This document shows, piece after piece, positions 56,348 through 64,000 of a stretch of DNA of 64,000 nt; within the stretch, counting starts at the first letter, position 1, and each line of letters begins with the position of its first letter. Position numbers and translations under genes: made by a program. The DNA is from Cystobasidiomycetes sp. EMM_F5 (Eukaryota), in contig JBPGPT010000001.1 in NCBI GenBank assembly GCA_051047955.1, positions 558,001-622,000 of the forward strand, in the 5' to 3' direction. Below the pieces are notes generated by a model. It was not told where the DNA came from. It made no database searches and saw nothing but the letters and a program-made list of their open reading frames with translations.

Positions 56348-56544
56348 TCTCAGTCGCATTATTGCACGAAATACCAATGTTGGGCGTGATCGTGGCCTAA
56401 CGTGGCTTGAAGCGCAAGCAAAGGATACGTAGTCCTTCTTGGACGCTTGTGATCTGGTCCACTGATGCACGAGTGCTACTTTGTGTACAACAAAAGACGA
56501 CTGCATGTTCCGCTCGCGTCTATACCGGATAACATATTGCAGTG

Positions 56545-57583
56545 TCACGAAGAGGTTTTAGTGTATCGTGTTTTACGACCAATGTCCCACGGTAAGTAGC
56601 CCCATTTCCGCATATGCGCAATCTGCCTCCGCATCGTTATCGTAAAGAGGATCAAAAAGTAGATGACCAAAATAGGTGCGTATACCGGCACGTCGAGGAA
56701 TCTGTGAAGTCAGAGATGGTACAGTCAGAGCTTGCCAATCGAACATAATGCAGTGGTATGCGATAAGCGCCATCAACTTACGGGAAGAGTGTAGCAAACA
56801 AGGCAATGACGATTGCTTTTGTAGCAGAGTACCAGAATTGAAACTCGGGCAGTCTACGAATGAATGGCCTAAATTCTTCTTCGCTTCCAGCACGCCCATT
56901 CTTGAGTTTGGGAGAATTGGATGTTGGTAGTCCGGGCGCGCCTTCCTCTACATCCTGCTCGGCGAGATCTTGCTCGATTGATGGATCGAATTTGGGTTGT
57001 AGGAACGCAAGGAAGAGATCTGGTTGCACAGGCAGAATGCGACCTGTGAATATTGCACTCCTTTTGGATGAAAGACGTGGCGGCCGACTCACTTAAAAGA
57101 TAGATGCCGAGCGCATACGTGACGATGTAGTATGCTTCTACAAAGTATATCCGCGCTACGAACAGCAGTATGCAAACCCAGGTCGCCGTCCACCGATAAA
57201 GTGTCTGCGGTGTTGAGCGGTCTGCGGCGAAAAGACTTAGCGACGGGCGCGACGTTGGAGTACCGCAAGCTTCAGCGCGCACCTAGAAGTGCTTGATATT
57301 GCTATTGCGTGAGAGAAGGTGCCAGTATAGCGTGTCGACGATGTTCAGTCGAAACGTGCGGATTGGGAAAGATTGTAACAGCCTCATCAGCCCTTCGAAG
57401 CGCGATCGGAGAGGCATTCGCAGCCGCTACGTACGCGTTGATATGTCTTGGCCTGCTTGTACGCAGCCGTGTCCTTGATGGCATCGAGCGGCCCACTCGT
57501 CGGCTCATCAGCTCCTTGTTGAACAACCAAATTTCAGCCAGACGAACGTGGAGTCCAGCCTTGCGCGTAGCCTCACCGTTCAT
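56545..57583 (-). CDS. RER1: Golgi-to-ER retrieval receptor Rer1
   Basis: '[12 protein letters not shown]', 'FLQPKFDPS', '[16 protein letters not shown]', 'MRRQIAHM'. Confidence 0.95.
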
Positions 57584-57813
57584 GTTGAGAACGAGCGTAT
57601 GTTCAGATTGTCGGGCTTCTGGGCAGTGTTGACGTGCGATGGAGCCGCTTGAGGTCGCAGTCGATGCCTTGAAGCTGAAGCTCCGGTGCCTGATCAAATT
57701 GGACTTACTCCAGCACGTCTGGCTGTGTGACGCTGTACCCACTACCATGCAATATCTGACATCGATGGACACGTTCTGACTTGGTTTTCTACTCGGAACT
57801 CCACCTGCAAACC

Positions 57814-59243
57814 ATGGCGCTAGCCCTCGGCCCTCTTGACCGCTTCCTGTCGGGAGACCGATACCTCGTTACTCTAATTTCCACAAACTCGTCATCGCCT
57901 GTAGAGAGGCAGCTTGTCCTGTTCCGCTTGGCTCGCATGGGAATAGACAAGTTCTATGCTATTGCAAGCGAGTGCCCGCATGCCGGTGGGCCCATGGAAA
58001 AGGCGGAAGTTATAGTCCAAGACCGTCAAGAACCAGAAGTGGACGATATCGAGGATCTGTACGAGTCCGTTGTAGCAGTGTGCCCTTGGCATTCTTATGA
58101 TTTCAGTCAGTCTGGAAACTCCTCGTCGTGGCGTCTTCTAATTTAAACCCTGCAGACCTTGTTACCGGAGAGTCGTCGACCGGTTTTCATGCTTGTACCT
58201 GGACAGTGACAGTAGAAGAGGATAATCAAGGCAGGCGTACTGTATACATGCGCGGTACCGAAGATCCTGGAATTTGGCAAGTAAAGGCTATTGACGGCGT
58301 CAGCGAGGGTGAGTTGGAAATATGCGGCAAAGTACTCGGCGCATGTTGACTGGTTAGGTGTGCAATAGCTTTTGCGGAATCCTCAATAGCACATTCTTCC
58401 ACCACGCTTCCCGATGAACAGCAACGCCCGCAAAATCTGACAGATTGGGCCTGCCTGATCCTGAACACGGCGGATCCTGATCAAAAAGTCAACCTGACGA
58501 GAGAAGCCGTTCGACTACTACGGGATGGCTCATTCTCATATCCAGACGGCATCATCGGCAAGCAGACACCACCCGACAAACCTCCGCGTCTACCGCCTCG
58601 AGCGGACGTTAGACATGCCAAACTTGGCAAAGCAGGGTCGCAAAAAAGCATGCTATCGTATTTGCATGCTGTTACTGCTATAGAACAATGGGCTATCGAC
58701 CTCGCCTGGGATCTTATTGCGCGCTTTGCTAGACCTTTTGGTAGCGCTGCTGGCGATGAGCCTATGCCGCTCAGTTTTTTCGAGGATTGGGCTACTATCG
58801 CAGAAGAAGAGGCTAAACACTTCACTCTCCTTCGAGCTCGCCTTGAAGCCAAGGGCGTGTCGTACGGCACCTTTGTAACGCACGATGGCCTCTGGGACTC
58901 GGCGCACGCCACGCGAAACGACATCAAGGCTCGCTTGTCCATTGTTTGCCTTGTACACGAAGCTCGAGGGTTGGACGTCAACCCCAGCCAGATCATGAAG
59001 TTCAAGGCTCTCGGCGATGAGGACAGCGTTGCGGCCATGACGGTTGTGCATGCTGATGAAATCTCGCATGTGGCGGCCGGTCATCGTTACCTAACGTACG
59101 TCTGCGAGAAGCAGGGTCTTGACCCGGTCCAGGTCTTCCGCGAGAGCGTGCGAGAGCACTTTGCTAGCAAACTCAAAGGGCCTTTCAATCGAGAGGACCG
59201 GTTGAAGGCTGGGATGAAAGAAGATTGGTATGCTGAGTGGTAA
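57814..59243 (+). CDS. Rieske [2Fe-2S] domain fused to a DUF455 ferritin-like domain
   Basis: Rieske ligands 'CPH' and 'CPWH'. Ferritin-like 'HAVTAIEQWAIDLAWD', 'EEAKH', 'HEARGLD', 'DEISHV', 'GPFN'. Confidence 0.87.
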
Positions 59244-59354
59244 ACGCTACCGAACATCGCTCGGATGATCAACCGAGGCGTCAACCTTCGTCCAATCCTT
59301 CGCTCTGAACACCGCATCAGGCGGATTATCGCTGCGGCCATCCTACACCACACA

Positions 59355-60559
59355 TCAGCGATAGTCGAAGTCACATAAGTGCTCGTTGGCGCTCACTAGG
59401 AGCCACCGTTCGCCTTGACCCGCTCGTATCTCGACATCTGGAAAAGACAAGCTGGCATTCGCGCGCGACATTCGATAAATATCATCGTGCCTGTTGGCAA
59501 ACATCTGAAATTTGAGATCGCGCAAGACGTCTTGCACAAGTCTGTTTCGCCCAAGGTCTATCGTAATCTTCGTAAGAGCTGGCAGCTTATTGCAGTTTTC
59601 GAGACCGCCTGGCGTAGGAAGCTTGCGAGACAGGGACCGCACGAGATCATCTATACCTTGAGTATATTCAAAGATAGCCCACCAGGTCGCATCATCAGAT
59701 ACCAAGTCGCCTCCGGATCCGACTATTATGGAATGGGCGGCAGTTGCGCCATTCGAGATTGGCCCTTCCAGTCCGCCAATAGCTAAGTTTAGATGATGTG
59801 CTAAGCGAAAGTTTACGCGCTTCAGCCAACGCTGGTACCCAAGGTAATCCGCAAGTGTGCGCGCTCGGTCGTCCATTTGCCCGACCTCCGCACCGAGACT
59901 GTGATGGACATCGAGGCACACTACACGCGACATTCCCAGGCTGTTGAAGCACGGCGGACTCGAGTGAATGGCGTATGGACGGTGTACTATATGCACTTCT
60001 TCAACGCTGGCCAGTAAGGGTATTGCTGCTGCATCGGTAGTCCGACAGAACGCAATTGCAAAGTCTTCAGTTGTAGCCGGTAGAGGGTCAAAGTAGGCTT
60101 TCTTCAGATTCGGGCACAGCGTAGCAGGGACGGTTGTTGTTTTACCGGCATTGTCGATTTGCTCGCGGTGAGTCGCAACGTCGATGGATGCAAGCAGGCG
60201 GTAGGAAGTCAAGTCTGCATATTGCGACGATGCAAAGACTGTGTTGCCAACACCGATGCGATAGTGGAACGTCTTGACCTTTGCGAAATGACCGGCTAGG
60301 CGTGCTGTGGCGATAAGCCTGTCATCAGCCAACTTCTAACCGGGAAAGTGCAGAAGAAGCGGGACGTACCATCACTCTTAGCCATCTTGATGGTTCTGTC
60401 GAGGCTCCGCAGCTGCTTGGCTGTCGATATGACTATGTTCTCGTAGATGTGTGCTGCAGCGCTATCATGATAGTCCGGGCACGACAGCATGAGCGCGCGG
60501 CAGCTTGCACGGTCGCAGTAGCGCAGGACGAGGTCCATCACATCAATAGGCAGCATCAT
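59355..60559 (-). CDS. F-box-like orphan protein (2 exons)
   Basis: N-terminus 'MMLPIDVMDLVLRYC...ALMLSC' is F-box-like. A phase-1 intron at about 60306-60369 joins the long second exon. Confidence 0.6.
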
Positions 60560-61481
60560 ATAGGAAGTGTGCTGACTTGAGACTAAAGCTCGGATGGTCA
60601 TGAACTAGATCATACAAGTTGGCCACGAATCGCAATATAGCTTACGAATTGGCTAGCCATTTGCGAGTACAACAGGAATAGGATAGTGTCGCAGAAGCAC
60701 GCCTGAAATGCCGAGCATTGTTGCAAAAACTAGCTGCCTGGATTGTTCTCAGATGTAATAGTCGCCTGTCATGCGGTCTCGACGTTGGACAGCAAATATA
60801 GACAATGAGCCAGTTGTAAGGAATGGCTTCGAGCGAACGCCCCGAAGGATTGTTACCCCGGCGCGGTTGTTCGATCCGAGGGGCGAAAAGCTCAGTGCAT
60901 CTTGCATAGTAAGGTCGACTCTAGCTTTGCTTCAGCTTCGAAGTCGATAATCCGCATTGAGAGGCTGAGTACGCGATGAATGTGATGGCTCGCAGTCAGA
61001 TCGTGTAATTTTCGCTGACGGAGCTTATATTCGTTATTTGCACAGAGCGCTTTCGTCGGCAGGTAAAAGATCAACGTGGACGCGTCTAAAGGTCATATGT
61101 TTGGCGAGACGCGTCTACGAAGGGGAGTTCGTGACCTGTGCCCTCCTGGAAAGAGTCAGGATCGTGATCATGATAGAGGTGAAAGAATGTCATACCAGTA
61201 CGTAGGCAGACGTTTCATCGGCTAACAAAACGACACTACTTCTTTCCGGATGTACGGTGCTACGAGTGTAGCGTATGTGTAGCTGAGTGTGTATGTGATA
61301 CAAGCCATTCTCACTTGGCAACCGTTGCTGTGTCTGCGAAATTGTTCCATTCGATGATGATTTCAAGAGTTACGCAGCAGACTGCCGTTTTGTGCGCAAG
61401 GTGGCTTGCGAAACTCTAACGTACTCGTTCGTCAATATCCCATCAATCAATCAAAACGACTTGCTCGATGCTTTCAGCACA

Positions 61482-62395
61482 TTACTTTCTGAGCACACAC
61501 AAAGCACCATCAACATGTCCAACGACCGATGTGACAGTACTGTCAATGAAGCTGCCGGATGCTCTTTGGAGTAAACCTTCAGCTGAAGCTTCATATTGCC
61601 CCGCAGAATAAGCATCAGCTTCGTTTGCTACGAAATCCGAATATTCGACATCGAGGTCAATGATTATTTGTTGTAATCGCGGTTGCTTGCCGATGATAGA
61701 CAGAAGGGTAGGTGCTGCCGAGTTCTGCGTAGTTGCACCACATTGGCGAACTTCGCAGATACGCAAAATACGGACTTTGTACACGCCTAGAGTATGAATG
61801 CTGGGGATATTAGTGTCGGAAATGGCGCGGTGTTCGAGGACGAGGTGTATTGATTCCACAGTCGTGAGAAGGTACATGGTCGGGACAGAAGAGCGCTGAG
61901 GGTTTAGCGGCACTTTGCTAGAGCAAAGATGACATGAAGTGTCTTGCCTCAGGTTTGAAAATCAGCTGCCAGTCTTGGCGACCTTGTCTTGCTTTGTGAC
62001 GTTGTAATCGCCTCGCGGCGTATGTGTAACATCGAGCTCGGCCAATATAGAGTAAACGCGGGCTGTACAACCGTTGCGGCAATCGCAGTCGTATATTAGA
62101 TCGAGGAGGAAGTACCCTACCAAACGCAACAGCCTGGCTAGATGTTCTTGTGATGTACCAAATGTAAGCATTTCGATAAAACCGAGACGATCCCGTCCAC
62201 TTACTGCTGTGTCGGGCTCTTTCGACAGTGTAAGCAAGTGCTTGAAGCTGCTTTGGCCCTTCGATGCTGATTTCTTTTTAGAGAATTGGGGCAATCACAA
62301 TGTACAGCCCTTTGCACGTCAAAGCGAGTGCTGCCACGAGGATGCAAGTCGTGTGTCAGTATGATCTGAATGACCTCCACAGGTAGTTGCAGCAT
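61482..62395 (-). pseudogene. Decayed tandem paralog of the F-box-like gene
   Basis: Collinear similarity and the same intron position as 59355-60559, but with a frameshift near 62350, TAA at 62278-62280 and TGA at 61962-61964. Confidence 0.75.
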
Positions 62396-62524
62396 GTCGC
62401 GCGTTGGCTATCTTGTCTTTGTTTACATCCGCCAAGTGGTAGTCAGGAAGTAGAGAGATGTCAGAGCGTTTCAGACACTTCCCGACACGCAGCTCAGGCT
62501 GTTAGCTTGCAGGCCTGCAGCACA

Positions 62525-63805
62525 ATGAGCAGCAACGATGGCTCAAGCAGCAGCGGCAACTGCTCGTGCTCAGCAGACACCATGTCTACACCGTTTCTTG
62601 GGATCCGAGTACGCAAACCCCTATACGTCACAAGATAATTCACTTCTGACTCCGTCTCCCGCCATTACCGCAGGTGCTTCAATTGCAAGACTTCTTCCAA
62701 TCCGCTTCCATTCTGCATCCGCTGGCCATCGGCTCCATTGTCATTATCGTCCTTTTCGTCGCGCTCCGACTTTCCAGTAATAGAAGCATTGCGGTGCATT
62801 TTCGAGATTCCCTCATGCTCTAACGTGATCTGACTCCGCATACTTCACTTGTGTCTTCTCTTTCAGCCAATGAATCTCTTTGATTGGCTTGTCAACGTCG
62901 CTCTAGGCAGCGTGAATTTTCCTTTCCTAAAGCCAGACTGCATTGCCCTAATAAATTTACTCAGACACTGGCAGGCATCGTAAATGGCAACTCACTCGCC
63001 CGAGGAGTCATAGGTTTGGCGGTCCTGCTATTTTTCCAATGGTTGACGTGCGGGACCGAGCCTGTGTGTGTCGATTCGCCGCTGAATTGCAATCATCGCG
63101 CAGGTCTTATCTGTCAAGCCATAGCGGCCCGAGAGTACGTCATATACTCAATTCTCCTCCCCTTGTCATTATCTTCCGAGGGAGAACTCTAGACAAGGTT
63201 ATGATGAGACACCGTATCTCTATGGTCGACCTGAACGGCGCACTGCGACAAGCCAAGGTCGCCAATGTTAGCGAAGTGGAGGTATGTGTTCTGGGTCAGT
63301 CAACAGTCAAGACTACTATCGATAGAAGGATATCTAACGCTGCTCGTCAGAGCCGACCGGCGCTTTCGTAATCTACAAGACTGTTGATCTGCCAGACAAC
63401 ATGACTCCAGACGTCCTGCTCGCCGTGCCTGCATACAAAGCGCTTGTGGACGAACTCGAGAGCGGCAACGAGAAACGGAAGCGCAATGCGAAAGAATTGA
63501 CGAAGCAAGGTGATGTACCTCGTCTCGGCGCGCGAGATCTATCCCACATACCGCATGGTATGCCCAACGGAAAGCCAGGACAGCACCAAGCTCCTGTAAC
63601 ACCCACGTCTCATTCTTCCACGAGCGCCGACTCAGATTCGGCCCAGACGTTACGCGATGACGCCGGCAAGACGAAAGCTGAAAGAACAAATATCAAGCAA
63701 GCCAAGGAAGAGGAAGCAGCTGAGCGCCGCGAAAACGAAGACGGTCAAGGCGAGTGCGAATTGGGGACGGAAATACAAAACGAAATTGCGCAAAAGCAAT
63801 CTTAG
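62525..63805 (+). CDS. DUF421/YetF-like membrane protein
   Basis: Spliced product ...NRSIAPMNLFDWLVNVALGSTLA...PLVIIFRG...RISMVDLNGALRQ..V.NVSEV...LEPTG, with about 3 TM helices and a charged tail. Confidence 0.8.
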
Positions 63806-64000
63806 CTGACTGCCCTCAACAAGATCACAACTAATGTTAGCTTCAATCCTTGTAGCATGCATCCCGGACACTCAACGTGTATGTAGAGCAATCGTCAACA
63901 CTGAAACCTGCGTGTAGTACCGATAGTCTCGGGAGAACCAACATGGCATGCTTGAATCGCAAAGGTTTGATTCTGTGCCCGTCTTCGTCAGTGTTGGCGC

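Noticed and set aside
57302..57434. 133-nt RER1 intron with CTGATGAG and CTGA (C/D snoRNA-like) and CGAAAC (hammerhead-like)
   Set aside because: The hammerhead core halves lie on opposite strands, the C-to-D spacing is short, and I could not identify a guide target.
60836..60890. Hairpin CGCCCC...GTTCGATCC..GGGGCG resembling a tRNA B-box
   Set aside because: Only about 48 nt, with no cloverleaf or A-box.
61962..62280. In-frame TAA and TGA as possible stop-codon reassignment or RNA editing
   Set aside because: Intact genes here end in TAA, TGA and TAG, and the same locus has a frameshift, so pseudogenisation is simpler.

Overview
Gene-dense, intron-rich eukaryotic DNA, most consistent with a basidiomycete fungus (inferred from mostly 50-75 nt introns, GTRNGT-type donors, CTRAY branch points and fungal-type proteins). 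I count 25 protein-coding loci plus one pseudogene. Most are housekeeping: PGS1, SPA2-like, SPC3, MSY1, EMP70, GSH1, URA7, SEC5, MDL-type ABC, SOD1, ERG9, CYR1, RNH202, GH47, IND1, PRS, RER1. Accessory loci are a QDE-1-like cellular RdRP, a GFA/Mss4-like protein, a GDSL esterase, a Rieske-DUF455 fusion, an F-box-like gene with a decayed tandem paralog, and a DUF421/YetF membrane protein. No tRNA, rRNA, CRISPR or transposon could be supported. The best lead is an orphan disordered protein (42589-45964, minus) carrying a Caf20/4E-BP-type eIF4E-binding motif, a PAM2-like motif and a motif assembled across a 13-nt micro-exon, which makes it a candidate translation regulator. Other notable signals are a 2-nt micro-exon required for SOD1, two genes whose ATG is split by an intron, GC-AG introns, and an apparent internal duplication or chimeric junction in the RdRP. 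All gene models were spliced by eye and no database searches were run.
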